A DNA stretch of 64,000 bases from Thermoplasmata archaeon (GCA_041499475.1 JBGQKI010000001.1:67507-131506), one strand, 5' to 3'. Counted from the stretch's first letter, positions 1 to 9,651 are shown. Notes: generated by a model not told the origin, from the letters alone. A program made the numbers and translations.

Positions 1-1
1 T

Positions 2-886
2 GCGCGCCTGGAGGCGCCCGAGGCCCGGTTCCTCGGCGAGCAGGTCGCGGCGGCCGATGTGGAGGACGCACGGCACCTCGCGAAAGTGAAGCAGGCGGCC
101 GAAGGGTTGGCCAAGGCGGAGAAGGAGATCGCCTCGGCCGGCAAGATCAACCCCTGGCTCGAGCCCCAGACGATGAAGCTCACGGCCTCGCTCGCGCGCG
201 CCCGCAAGGCGCTTGAGCAGGTGGCGGCCCTCGTCGATGGCACCGTCGAGAAAGGAGCCGTCGTGCGCACGGAAGCGATCCGCGCGAACCTCGAAGTCGC
301 GCCGCACGGGCTGCGCGCGGTGTTGACGCCCGCCGACCCCGCCGCTCCCTCGAGGTCCCAGCCGCCGCGCAACCTCGCGCGCGATGGGACGGCGCTAAGC
401 GCTTCTGGAACCTCTGCCGGGACGACCAAGGGATCGGCGCCAACGTTGGTCAACGTCCCCGAAGGCGCCGACCATGTCTTCCAGGAGGTCGACTACTACA
501 ATTTCCCGCAGTCCGCGGCGGTTCGTTCGGCCGAGGCGGCCTCGGCAGTTTCCGCGCCGGTGGTCGACCTTGCGCCCCCGCCGCCGCCCCCGGCCGGGGC
601 CGTGGACGCCGAGATGCGCGCCAAGGCCTACGACCTGGAAATGCGCCTCAACGAGTACGAGCGCCGACTCTACTACATGGACAAGTACACCGAGATGCTC
701 CAGAAGCAGCAGCTTGACAAATTCAAGCTCATGCGCGAGCTCGTCAAGGTCGAGGGCAAGCGCAACCGCGCGCGCGCCTACGGGATCTCGGTCGCGGCCC
801 TCGCCGCGGCGCTACTTGCCCTTCTCGCGGTCTGGCCCGCCACCGTTGCCGCCATCAGCGCGTTCTTCCACGGGCTTGGCCTTTGA
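2..886 (+). CDS. hypothetical coiled-coil, tail-anchored membrane protein (5' end may lie outside the window)
   Basis: The frame is open from the window edge, and the first GTG is at 59. It has a Pro-rich stretch (APPPPPPAG) and a heptad-like segment (KAYDLEMRLNEYERRLYYMDKYTEMLQKQQLDKFKLMRE). A single C-terminal hydrophobic helix follows (VAALAAALLALLAVWPATVAAISAFF). Confidence 0.55.
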   Translation, partial: ARLEAPEARFLGEQVAAADVEDARHLAKVKQAAEGLAKAEKEIASAGKINPWLEPQTMKLTASLARARKALEQVAALVDGTVEKGAVVRTEAIRANLEVAPHGLRAVLTPADPAAPSRSQPPRNLARDGTALSASGTSAGTTKGSAPTLVNVPEGADHVFQEVDYYNFPQSAAVRSAEAASAVSAPVVDLAPPPPPPAGAVDAEMRAKAYDLEMRLNEYERRLYYMDKYTEMLQKQQLDKFKLMRELVKVEGKRNRARAYGISVAALAAALLALLAVWPATVAAISAFFHGLGL

Positions 887-3800
887 TGGCTCAGGGCCTT
901 TCGGTCCGGGGCCGCGCTTGCGTTTGCTAAACTCGCGGTCGGCCTTTTCCTCGCGTTCCCGCGCGCGGCGCCGCACCGCCCAGCGCCTGTGCATGAGGAA
1001 GTAATAGGCCGCGGTCACGGCCACGAGTGCTGCCATGAGCAGGTAGGGGGCGGTGAGGTCGAACTCGCCGCCGTTGCGCGAACGGACGAGGGTGACGCCT
1101 TGTACATCGGTCGCGGCCCCTGCCGTTACATTGGCGTTGACGACGAGGGGTTCAAACCCCGGCGCGGTCACACGGAGCCGCACCGCCCCTGGAAGTACGC
1201 CGCCCACCTCGATTACGCCCGACCCGTTTTTCAGGATGTTCTGGCCCTCGACGGCGACGGAAACCGAGGGAACGGGGACGCCCTGCGCGTCGAGGACGCG
1301 CAGGCGGACGGTGCCGTAAAGGGCGATGCGCACGCTAACGAAGGCCGGCGCCGAGTCGTGGCCGGCCGCGTCGTGCGCAACGACCCTGAACTGGTAGGAG
1401 CCTTCCTCGACGGCGAACGGTCCCGATCGGTTCGAGGTGGCGTCCTGCCAGCCCCGGAACGCTTGGCCCTGGAACGAGTAGTCGAGGTCGAAGGAGACCA
1501 CGCCGCTGCCCACGCCGTCGGAACCCGACCAGGCGAGCACCATGGGGCTTGCGAAGGCGACGGGGTCGAGGGCGGCAAAAGACACGGAAGGGGCCGTGAA
1601 ATCGACGGGCACTTCGAGCGTGCGGGGGGCCTCGGCGTTGCCCGCCTCATCGACTGCGTAGTACTCCACCTGGTCGCGCCCCTCGCTGACCAGCCGGACC
1701 GAGCCGGAGGCGGTCGAGTACTCGGTGTGCACCTGCGTCCAGGCGCCCCCGCCGAGGCGGAAAAATAGGGAGATGCCCGAGGCGCGGTCGTCGGTTGCGA
1801 GGAAGGTCACCGTGGGCGGCCCGACGAACCAATTCCCGAGCCCGCGCGGGCCCTCGGCCACGGCAACCGTGGTGGGCGTCAGGTTGTCGAGCTTCACGCC
1901 AAGGGCGGTGTACCGCGTGACGTTGAGGGAGGCGCGCGCTTTGCCAAGCAGGGGGTGGCGCGCGTCGACCTGTTCCGGCCCGAACCACTCGACGCGGCCG
2001 GCCGAGCGCACGACGCGCTCGACGATGGGCAGGAGCGGCGTGGCCCCACCGCTGCCTGTCGAGGCGTTTGCGACGGTCGCGCTCGTGCTGTTGGAGACGA
2101 GCACCGCCGTGAGAGGCGCCGGGTACCCAGCCGAGTCCTGGACGAGCACGCGCAGGTACCAGCCGATCCGCACGACGGCGCCGGCAAGCACCGTGGGCCC
2201 CTTGCCGGTGGAGTTCAGCAGGAGCGCGGTCGAATTGTCGGTGGCAAGCAGGCCGCTCACGTTCCCGGTGAGGGTCAGGTTGACCAGCGTGGCCCGCGCG
2301 TCGCCGGTGAGCACCACCGCGTAATCGGCGGGGGTCCGCAGCGACGAATTGGCCAGGGAAAGACCCACACCCGACTCGGCCCTTAGGCTGGCGCCGATGT
2401 CGTCCTCGAAGGTGACTTTCTCGATAGTGACTTGCGGCGAGCCGAGCGCGAGGAGCCCGAAGACATTGCTGAGCGCAATTCGCCCGCCGGTGAGGGCCGC
2501 CGACCCTACGCCGTGGAGTTCGATGCCGCTCCCGCCGTTGGCGTCGATGTCGAGGGCCGAGAGCGTTAGGCTGGCGACGTCCTGGAAGAGGGCGCCGGTC
2601 CCGCCGGAGTTCGAGTGGCTCGTGAGCCCTGCAACCGACACCGTGGCGCCCCCCGAAACGACGAGGCCTTGGCCCCCCGAGCTCGACACGCTGATGTCGA
2701 ATCCGCTCAAGTTCGAGTCGGTGGTGCGCAGGCCGGAAAGCGCGTTGCCAAGGGCGTCGAACCCGGTCAACCGCAGGTAGGCAATGGAGTCGAACACGGC
2801 GCCGTTCCCGAGGTTGAACCAGGCGGCGGAGCCCGTCGCCTGGACGAGCGTCGACCCCTGGACGGTCAGCCCGTCCAGGATGTTGTCGAGCGAAGCGAAG
2901 TCGATGAGCGTCACGGTGGCGCCCTGCAGCCAGGGCCCATTGTGGTTCTCCCGGTAGGTGCAGTTGCTGCAGTCGAAGGACCCGCCCGTGGCGTGGAGCG
3001 GAAAGTACCACCCGATGAAGTCGCTCGCCACGGCAAGGACGGAGGCGTTGGTGGCGTTGACCGACGAGGTGCTGTCATTGACGGCCCCTCCGGAGAGCAC
3101 CGCCTGGAACGCTTGGAGGAGGGCGCCCTCGAGGAGGCCGACGCTGTAGGGCAGCCTCGAGTCGCGGGGCGCGATGGCCGCGTGGTCGAGGGCGAGCGTG
3201 GCGTTCGGGCCGACCTCGATGCGCGCGAAGGGCTCGAGCGCGCGCCTCCTCGCGGTCTGCTCGACCGTGATGTTGGAGCGCGTGACGGTAAGGGCAGAGC
3301 CCGGCAAGAGCCGGAGGTCGCCCGTGAGGTCGATGCCCTCGTCGACGAGGCTCGCAATCCCCTCGATCGTCCAGTCGAGGCGGATCGAGGGGGCCACGGC
3401 GATGCCGGCCTGGCCGTTCGCGCTGATGTTGCCGTCGATCAGCCTCGTGCCGTTTGCCGAGACGAGGATTCCGTTCCAGAGGTTGGAGGAGGCGGTGATG
3501 TTGCGGAGCGTGACGCCGGGCGAGAGCAGGTCGGTGTAGACGCCGATCCCGCCGTTGAGGGAGGCGTTGAGGTCTTCGACGAGGAGGTTGGGGCTTGCAA
3601 GGACCTCAAGCCCGGAGAGGCCGCGCCTCGCCGAGACCTGGGAGATGGTGACGTTGCGCGGCGAATAGAGGACCCGGAGGCAGGCGCCGCTGGGGCCGTC
3701 GAGGTTGAGCCCCACGGCGCTCGTGTTGGCGAGGAAAAAGAAGAGCGCGCCGTCGCCGGCCGAGCCGCTTGCATCAATCGAGCGCAGGACGAACCCGTTG

Positions 3801-6541
3801 ACGTCCGTGGCCATGATCGCGGTGTCGGCCGCGCGTGAAAGGTCGGCATCGGTGACCTGCACATCGCTCGAGTCGGAGACGGTGAATGCCGAGCCCGTGA
3901 AGGTGCTGGCCATCCGCAGGTCCGTCACCTTGACAGAGTGCAGCGTCGCGAGAATGAAGCCTTCCCCGCAAAAGCTTGCAGCGAAGTGGGCGATGTCGAT
4001 GAAGCTCGAGAATTGGATTTGGGCGGCGAGCGTGCACCGCCCGGAAAAGCTCACCTGGGTCGCGGTCACATAAGTTCCGAAGGAGACCTGCAGGAAGGTG
4101 CCCGCGGTTTCGCCCGTGGGCGAAGACGCAGCAACCGGGCCAAGCGAAATTCGAGATGAACCCTGGCTAATGAGGATCCCTTGGCCCCGGAACTCGAGGC
4201 TCGAGTTCGAAAGCGTCCCCTGGCTCACGCCTAGGAACGCGACGCCTCCCCCGGAGTTGGTGGCCTCAAGCGCGTCAACGGTGACCTCAGAGGAAAGGGC
4301 GACGCGCACGGCCCAGGCGCTTGCCTGCGTGGAGATGTTGGCAAGGGTAAGCCGCTGGCAGCCCGTTGCGTCGACGGCGAAGCCGCCAACCGAGTGGAGC
4401 GTTTCGGCGGAGAGGTCCGAACATTGGTCGATGTGCAGGGCCGCGTAGGCGCCGCTGTGCGTGATGTTCTGCACGCGCGCGTTCGTGACCCCGTCGAACT
4501 CCACGCCCGTGCTCGATTCGGCGACGATGTCGGTGACTGAAGGCCCGCCGACAAGGGAGAGGTGCACGCCGACGGCGTCGGAAGCCCGGTAGCTCACGTT
4601 CGTGACGGTGAGGTTCCAGGCCGCGCCCTGCGACACGACGCGGACGCCATCGAGCTGGAGCGAATAGAGGCTCAGGTTCGCCACGGAAAGCGAGCCGCTA
4701 AGGGCGAAAGCTGCATAGACGCCGCCGCGGTTCGAGAGGTTCGCGGTAAAGCCTTCGACCACCGCGCTAAACGCCGTGCCCGGCTGGCTGCCGTTTGTTT
4801 GGCCGGTGGCGTCAAGGATAATCGAGGCCGGGGGCCCGGTCGGCGGCGGCTGGTTGCCCGTCGTGAGCGTGAGGTTTGAGATTCGGGCGCGAACGATGCT
4901 GCCGCCCTGCACGAACACGAGGATGCCGCTTGAGTTCGTGCTCGTTAAGTCGTGCACGGCAAGGTCGCTGACCCCGTTGGTTTCCAAGCGCACGAGCGCC
5001 TCCAAATGGAAATTGGCGGAGAACCCGGTGACCGTAACGTTGTCGAGCGCGGCGGCGGCGACGTGCAGCACGTCCAGCGTCGTGTTGTTGGACAAGAACC
5101 GGCTGAAGGCCAGGCGGCTCGCGTTCACCGAGGTGAGGTTGAAAACGTATTCCCCGACGGCCTCAGTGTCGAAGTCGCTCGCCGAAACGATGGAAACATT
5201 CGTGAACGAGGCGTCGATGACGCTGCGCGTGACTTGGCGCGCGACGACGCCGGTCACGGTCAGGCCCGACCCGTCTGTCAGCGTGAGGAGCACGCCGAAG
5301 GAGACGTTGGTGAGCGTCAGGTCCTGCAGGGTGGGGGCCGACGCGTTGCCCGTGAAGGTTGCAAGGCCGACAGAGTCGGTGGCCGATGCCCCGATGAGCG
5401 AGAACTGGCCGAAGCTTGCGCCTACATCGAGGGCTGACGAGGAGAGGTTTCGGGCAACGAGACCCCGGATAAGCACGTCCACAGAGCCGCGAAGCTGGAG
5501 ACCCGAGCGCTCGTTGGTGCCGTGGAAGTTGATGATGGTCACGTTGCTACACGACGAGATCTCAAGGGGCTGGTCGAAGTTCGTGGCGAACGTGTCGTTG
5601 AGGAATACGCTGGGGGATGCGAGGATATGACCGAGTGCGTCCCCCCAGCTGCCGGTGACATTGCTAAGGAAGACCCCCGTTGAATTCAGGACGAAGAAGC
5701 CAGTCAGGAACCGCGGCGCCGTGGCCCCTTGGACTCCGTCGACATGGAGGTCCGCGACCCACACCGTCGTGCTCAGTCCGATGGCGACCGCCGTGCCGCG
5801 CGGCGGGGCAAGGGGCGGGTCGTAGGCGGTTGCCGCCGTGGGGCCCGCCTGGACGTGCTGGACGAGGACGCTCGAGGACGAATTGATGCGCAGGCCGTAA
5901 GTGAAGTTCGCGAAGGTGAGGTTGGCGAACACGTCAAAACTGTCGCCACTCACGTTGACCGCGCTCACGGCCCCGTCGAAGCTGGAGTCGGTCACCCGAA
6001 CATAGGTCGCCCCCGTAATCACGAAAACCTCGAAGCCGCCTACAAAGGTCGAGCCGGAGATGTTCAGGGAGCCCGGCAGCTGGAGCAGGAAGCCGGGGCC
6101 CACCGCAAAGGGCGGTCCCGAAGACCAACCCGCGTTTTCGACGCGGGAGTTGGTGATGGTCAACCTCGCCCCCTGTCCGAAGGTGGAATTGAAGGGCAGC
6201 CCGTCGGTGCGGAGCACGCTTTGGTCGCCGGTGGTGCTCCGCAAGCTGTCGAAGTCTCGGAGGGTGAACGAGGCGTTTGCCCCAACGCGAAGGTAGTTTG
6301 TGCCGGGGCCATCGACGGTGAACAAGACGGTGGAATTAACTGCGGCGAAACTGCCCGACACGGAGATATTGCGGTCAATGCGGAGGGTGGAGTTGACGAA
6401 CGTAAGCGTGCCAAGCACGGTGACGTTTCCGCTCACGTTCACGCTCTCGGCGGTCACCGTCTCCGTTGTTGCCGGCCCGATCGACCAGTCGCCCGACCCG
6501 GAGTACGAAGAGGCCGAGGCGTGCGGCGAGAGCGCAAGCAC
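812..6541 (-). CDS. giant (1909 aa) secreted parallel beta-helix (PbH1/NosD-like repeat) glycoprotein with C-terminal TM anchor and basic tail
   Basis: Long uninterrupted ORF with very many N-x-S/T sequons (NVSGNVTV, NSTL, NISV, NASF...). Repetitive G/S/T/N/V-rich beta-helix-like units run throughout. The C-terminus is LLMAALVAVTAAYYFLMHRRWAVRRRAREREEK. The start is problematic (see findings). Confidence 0.8.
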   Translation of the reverse strand: MLALSPHASASSYSGSGDWSIGPATTETVTAESVNVSGNVTVLGTLTFVNSTLRIDRNISVSGSFAAVNSTVLFTVDGPGTNYLRVGANASFTLRDFDSLRSTTGDQSVLRTDGLPFNSTFGQGARLTITNSRVENAGWSSGPPFAVGPGFLLQLPGSLNISGSTFVGGFEVFVITGATYVRVTDSSFDGAVSAVNVSGDSFDVFANLTFANFTYGLRINSSSSVLVQHVQAGPTAATAYDPPLAPPRGTAVAIGLSTTVWVADLHVDGVQGATAPRFLTGFFVLNSTGVFLSNVTGSWGDALGHILASPSVFLNDTFATNFDQPLEISSCSNVTIINFHGTNERSGLQLRGSVDVLIRGLVARNLSSSALDVGASFGQFSLIGASATDSVGLATFTGNASAPTLQDLTLTNVSFGVLLTLTDGSGLTVTGVVARQVTRSVIDASFTNVSIVSASDFDTEAVGEYVFNLTSVNASRLAFSRFLSNNTTLDVLHVAAAALDNVTVTGFSANFHLEALVRLETNGVSDLAVHDLTSTNSSGILVFVQGGSIVRARISNLTLTTGNQPPPTGPPASIILDATGQTNGSQPGTAFSAVVEGFTANLSNRGGVYAAFALSGSLSVANLSLYSLQLDGVRVVSQGAAWNLTVTNVSYRASDAVGVHLSLVGGPSVTDIVAESSTGVEFDGVTNARVQNITHSGAYAALHIDQCSDLSAETLHSVGGFAVDATGCQRLTLANISTQASAWAVRVALSSEVTVDALEATNSGGGVAFLGVSQGTLSNSSLEFRGQGILISQGSSRISLGPVAASSPTGETAGTFLQVSFGTYVTATQVSFSGRCTLAAQIQFSSFIDIAHFAASFCGEGFILATLHSVKVTDLRMASTFTGSAFTVSDSSDVQVTDADLSRAADTAIMATDVNGFVLRSIDASGSAGDGALFFFLANTSAVGLNLDGPSGACLRVLYSPRNVTISQVSARRGLSGLEVLASPNLLVEDLNASLNGGIGVYTDLLSPGVTLRNITASSNLWNGILVSANGTRLIDGNISANGQAGIAVAPSIRLDWTIEGIASLVDEGIDLTGDLRLLPGSALTVTRSNITVEQTARRRALEPFARIEVGPNATLALDHAAIAPRDSRLPYSVGLLEGALLQAFQAVLSGGAVNDSTSSVNATNASVLAVASDFIGWYFPLHATGGSFDCSNCTYRENHNGPWLQGATVTLIDFASLDNILDGLTVQGSTLVQATGSAAWFNLGNGAVFDSIAYLRLTGFDALGNALSGLRTTDSNLSGFDISVSSSGGQGLVVSGGATVSVAGLTSHSNSGGTGALFQDVASLTLSALDIDANGGSGIELHGVGSAALTGGRIALSNVFGLLALGSPQVTIEKVTFEDDIGASLRAESGVGLSLANSSLRTPADYAVVLTGDARATLVNLTLTGNVSGLLATDNSTALLLNSTGKGPTVLAGAVVRIGWYLRVLVQDSAGYPAPLTAVLVSNSTSATVANASTGSGGATPLLPIVERVVRSAGRVEWFGPEQVDARHPLLGKARASLNVTRYTALGVKLDNLTPTTVAVAEGPRGLGNWFVGPPTVTFLATDDRASGISLFFRLGGGAWTQVHTEYSTASGSVRLVSEGRDQVEYYAVDEAGNAEAPRTLEVPVDFTAPSVSFAALDPVAFASPMVLAWSGSDGVGSGVVSFDLDYSFQGQAFRGWQDATSNRSGPFAVEEGSYQFRVVAHDAAGHDSAPAFVSVRIALYGTVRLRVLDAQGVPVPSVSVAVEGQNILKNGSGVIEVGGVLPGAVRLRVTAPGFEPLVVNANVTAGAATDVQGVTLVRSRNGGEFDLTAPYLLMAALVAVTAAYYFLMHRRWAVRRRAREREEKADREFSKRKRGPGPKGPEPSKAKPVEERADGGNGGGPDREKGK

Positions 6542-6730
6542 GCTCGCCGCAAGGATTGCGCAAAGAATCGCCGCTTGAGGGAGATGCCCGAAACGCCCCG
6601 TCCTTGCCGCCCCCTATCGCCCCGGGTTCAAACCCCTCGGCGGTTCCCTGGCTCATTCCGGGGAGCGCCTAAAAACACTTCCAAATGGGCCGAGCCTGCC
6701 CCGCCGAGGGGGGCGCCAGCATGACCGGCG

Positions 6731-7399
6731 CTATAGGCAGAATCCGCCGCCCGTGCTCGCGACGCGCACGCCTCCGTAGCCTTCGAGGCGGTGCGTCTCG
6801 GTCACTGTCAAGGGGCCACCGTACTGGTACTCGAGTTCGGGCGAGTACCCGCCTTTCATGTTCACGGTGTACGAAGTCACAACGTGCTGCCCTTGGGATT
6901 CGTCCGCGCGGCCCGGGATGAAGGGCGTGGGCGCGCCCGGCGCGAGCGTGTACAGCACGGTGGGTTCGTGGTACGCGGCCTTCACCTCGACCGTGCGGCC
7001 GTCGGCGAGGAACGAGACGAGCTGTTGCCCTTGACTTTGGTTGGAGGCCCCGCCCATACTCGTGTATTGGATGAGCACGACGTTGCGTGTATTCGCCGGC
7101 ATGCTCTGCCCGCCCAGGCTTAGCACGCGGGTCGCGGGGTCAAAGTTGGCGCCCCCGCAGGGATCGAACAGAATCGTGATCGGTTGGGCTTCGAATTCGC
7201 TGGAGTCATTCGTGGGGGCCGTCCGGACGTCAACGAACACCTCGACGAGTCCCATCGTGTCCGTTGGACCTTGCACGATGAGGTAGGCGATCCCCCCGCC
7301 GATTGCAACGAGTGCCGCAAGGCCCACGACCCCGGAAGTGCTTGCAAACACGGCGGCGCGGCTGTTGTGCGGGGCGGCGGCCGCTGGGGGAGTCGACAT
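6731..7399 (-). CDS. hypothetical membrane-anchored extracytoplasmic protein (222 aa)
   Basis: The internal ATG at 7399 gives MSTPPAAAAPHNSRAAVFASTSGVVGLAALVAIGGGIAYLIV (N-terminal TM). The longer ORF form (to 7588) would overlap the rpl12 stop and terminator. No family was recognised. Confidence 0.55.
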   Translation of the reverse strand: MSTPPAAAAPHNSRAAVFASTSGVVGLAALVAIGGGIAYLIVQGPTDTMGLVEVFVDVRTAPTNDSSEFEAQPITILFDPCGGANFDPATRVLSLGGQSMPANTRNVVLIQYTSMGGASNQSQGQQLVSFLADGRTVEVKAAYHEPTVLYTLAPGAPTPFIPGRADESQGQHVVTSYTVNMKGGYSPELEYQYGGPLTVTETHRLEGYGGVRVASTGGGFCL

Positions 7400-7507
7400 T
7401 TCGCACGGCCTGCCCAGCCACTCGACGGACTCAGAGATAGCGGTTGCGGTCTGATCAGGGGTGTTGCGCGCGCCCATTCGGGCCGCCTCGCCGCCCGCCC
7501 TTGGGGC

Positions 7508-7541
7508 GGGAAAAACCCGGGGCGGGGCCCTCTGGCCCCGC
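7508..7541 (-). terminator. hairpin plus T5 tract downstream of rpl12
   Basis: The minus strand reads CGGGGCC-agag-GGCCCCG (7-bp stem) followed by ccccgggTTTTTccc. The T5 run is the A5 at 7511-7515 on the plus strand. It lies about 30-60 nt after the rpl12 stop. Confidence 0.5.
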
Positions 7542-7568
7542 CCGCGGAAGGGACAACACGCGGGCGCT

Positions 7569-7883
7569 TCAGCCGAAGAGCGCGCCAAGGCCGGCGGCTG
7601 CCTCTTCCTCGGAGACGTCGGGCTCTTTCTTTTCTTCCTTCTTCTTGTCCTCGCCCTTGGCGGGGCCCGCGGCGTGGGCAGCAGCGGGTGCCGCGGCTGC
7701 CGGCGCTGCGATCGCCGTGGCGATCGCCTCGTCGATGTTCACGCCCTCGAGGGCGGCGGTCAGCGCCTTGACGCGGGTGGCGTCCACGGCGACATCCGCG
7801 GACTTGAGCACCTTGGTCACAGCCTCATCGGTCACTTTCTTGCCCGCAGAGTGCAAGAGCATCGCGGCGTACACGTATTCCAT
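7569..7883 (-). CDS. rpl12: 50S ribosomal stalk protein P1 (aL12)
   Basis: [29 protein letters not shown]... followed by an Ala-rich hinge. It carries the conserved stalk tail [25 protein letters not shown]. Confidence 0.95.
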   Translation of the reverse strand: MEYVYAAMLLHSAGKKVTDEAVTKVLKSADVAVDATRVKALTAALEGVNIDEAIATAIAAPAAAAPAAAHAAGPAKGEDKKKEEKKEPDVSEEEAAAGLGALFG

Positions 7884-7924
7884 GTGTTGTTCCTCCCGTT
7901 GGTTTTCTCATCGACTCGTGGTGA

Positions 7925-8938
7925 TCATCCAAAGAGCGCGCCAAGGCCCGAGGCCGCCTCGTCCTCGGAGACGTCGGGCTCCTTCTTCTCTTCCTTTTTC
8001 TTGTCGTCGCCCTTCGAAGGGGCCGCGGCCTGCGCAGCCGCCGGCGGCGCGGCGCCCTCGACCTTGGACTTTAGGTCGTCGTCGAGACCTCCCTTGAGGT
8101 GCGAGGCAAGGGCCAACATCTGGCCCTGCGCCTTTGCGACCATGAATTTGACTGTCGTCTTGTTCAAGATCCCTGCGTTGACCGCGAGGTTCATCGCCTT
8201 TTGACCCGCGACCGCCAGGATCGGGATGATCGTGACCTCGTTCGGGTAGGCCGAGTAAACCGCCAGGTTGAACGAGGATACCGCGCCGCGGCGCACCTCG
8301 CTTAGGATCGCGTCAACATCGACCCGCAGGACCTTCGGAGTGTAGATGAGGCCCTCTTCGATGAGCGCGTTGAGGTTCAGGCCGACCTCCACCGGGTAGA
8401 TCTCGAGTTTCGTAAGGACGGGGGCAAGCTCGCGGGAGATCGCATCCCCGGCCTTCACGAGCACCTTTTCCTTCTTGATCACGACTTTGCCCTGGTCGAT
8501 CGCCGCCGGGACGCCCACTTTCTGGAGCTCGCCCACGATGGGGCCCGGCTTGAACGGCGTGTCGCCGGCCTTCACCACAATGTCCTCGGTCGCGATCTCG
8601 CCGCCGCGGGCGGGCGCCTTGGACTTGGTGGCCTCGAGCTTTTGGAACAGCTTGAAGGGGTTGAGGTCCGAGGAGATGAACGCCGGCTGACCCGTGAGGT
8701 AGGGCTCGAGCTTCGAGACGTCGCCGGCCTTCGACTTCGCTTCCTTGAGCGCAAGGCGCACGAGCGTCTTCTTGGCCACGACGATGCTCGCGGTGCCGCG
8801 CAGGCCGCGCCGCATGACGTTGAGCTGGCCCGACGGGATGCCGCGGATGTCGAGCACGCCCACCACGCGCTTGGTCTCGAGCTCGCGCACGAGGCTGCCC
8901 ACGACGGTCTTCTTCTCTTCGGGGATCCGCTTCGACAA
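7925..8938 (-). CDS. rplP0: 50S ribosomal protein uL10 (acidic stalk protein P0)
   Basis: 337 aa with an L10-like N-terminal domain (VVGVLDIRGIPSGQLNVMRRGLRG). It has the same C-terminal stalk tail as P1 ([25 protein letters not shown]). Its position between rpl1 and rpl12 is the conserved one. Confidence 0.95.
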   Translation of the reverse strand: MSKRIPEEKKTVVGSLVRELETKRVVGVLDIRGIPSGQLNVMRRGLRGTASIVVAKKTLVRLALKEAKSKAGDVSKLEPYLTGQPAFISSDLNPFKLFQKLEATKSKAPARGGEIATEDIVVKAGDTPFKPGPIVGELQKVGVPAAIDQGKVVIKKEKVLVKAGDAISRELAPVLTKLEIYPVEVGLNLNALIEEGLIYTPKVLRVDVDAILSEVRRGAVSSFNLAVYSAYPNEVTIIPILAVAGQKAMNLAVNAGILNKTTVKFMVAKAQGQMLALASHLKGGLDDDLKSKVEGAAPPAAAQAAAPSKGDDKKKEEKKEPDVSEDEAASGLGALFG

Positions 8939-8949
8939 CGCATTCCCCC

Positions 8950-9588
8950 CTAGAGCATCCGCTCCGCCTTGCCCATGGTCGTCTTCACGTACACCGAGTG
9001 GATGTTGAGCTTGCCGCGCGCGAGCCTCGTCGTGATCCGCTTGATCACGGCGTCCGCGTTCTCCGCAATCTGCTCGGCGGTCATCGAGGTCGACCCGATG
9101 GGCGCGTGGAAGGTGGGCTTGTCGCGCGAGCGGACGCGCACGGTCGTGCGCATGGTCTCGACGATGGGCTTGGGGTCGGCGCCCGGCGCGATCGGCTTGG
9201 GCATCTTGCCCCGGGGGCCAAGCACCACACCGAGCCTGCGCCCGATCGTGGGCATGAGCGGCGCTTCCGAGAGGAAAAAGTCGGTCTGGTTCGCCAGGCG
9301 CTTCGCGCGGCGCTTGTCGCCCGCGATCTTTTCGATCTCCTCGGGCGGGATCACGACATCGGCCACGGGCTTGGCCCGCACGGCAAGTTCTCCCGAGGCG
9401 AACACGCCCACCTTGATCGGCTTGCCGCGCCCGTGCGGCAGCTGTACTTCCTCGTCGATGCGGTTGGCCGGGACGGCGAGGTCCACGTCCTTCAAATTGA
9501 TTGCAAGTTCGACGGTCTCGACAAACTTGCGCTGCGGGCGCTCGTCGAGCGCCTTCTTGACCGCCGCGAGCGTCTGTGCCTCAACCAT
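8950..9588 (-). CDS. rpl1: 50S ribosomal protein uL1
   Basis: 212 aa; FVETVELAINLKDVDLAVPANRIDEEVQLPHGRGK...; conserved operon position. Confidence 0.95.
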   Translation of the reverse strand: MVEAQTLAAVKKALDERPQRKFVETVELAINLKDVDLAVPANRIDEEVQLPHGRGKPIKVGVFASGELAVRAKPVADVVIPPEEIEKIAGDKRRAKRLANQTDFFLSEAPLMPTIGRRLGVVLGPRGKMPKPIAPGADPKPIVETMRTTVRVRSRDKPTFHAPIGSTSMTAEQIAENADAVIKRITTRLARGKLNIHSVYVKTTMGKAERML

Positions 9589-9651
9589 CGTCGTCGTGCC
9601 TCCGTAGTGCTGGCGGGAGTTTCCCCCCTCCTACGGCAAGGGCCCATGCGC

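Noticed and set aside
812-886. 75-nt convergent overlap between the first CDS and the 3' end of the 1909-aa gene
   Set aside because: It is probably a consequence of rare stop codons extending both low-complexity C-termini. Nothing in the sequence suggests antisense regulation.
6375-6656. 93-aa ORF (MSQGTAEG...) as an independent gene
   Set aside because: Beyond its first 20 or so codons it overlaps the giant adhesin gene out of frame, with a Gly/Arg/Pro-rich product. It is more likely the displaced start of the adhesin (see finding) than a separate gene.
7569-7995. Near-identical roughly 70-nt DNA repeat at the 3' ends of rpl12 and rplP0
   Set aside because: It is explained by the conserved C-terminal stalk peptide ([23 protein letters not shown]) shared by P0 and P1 in all archaea. 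It is not a mobile or regulatory repeat.
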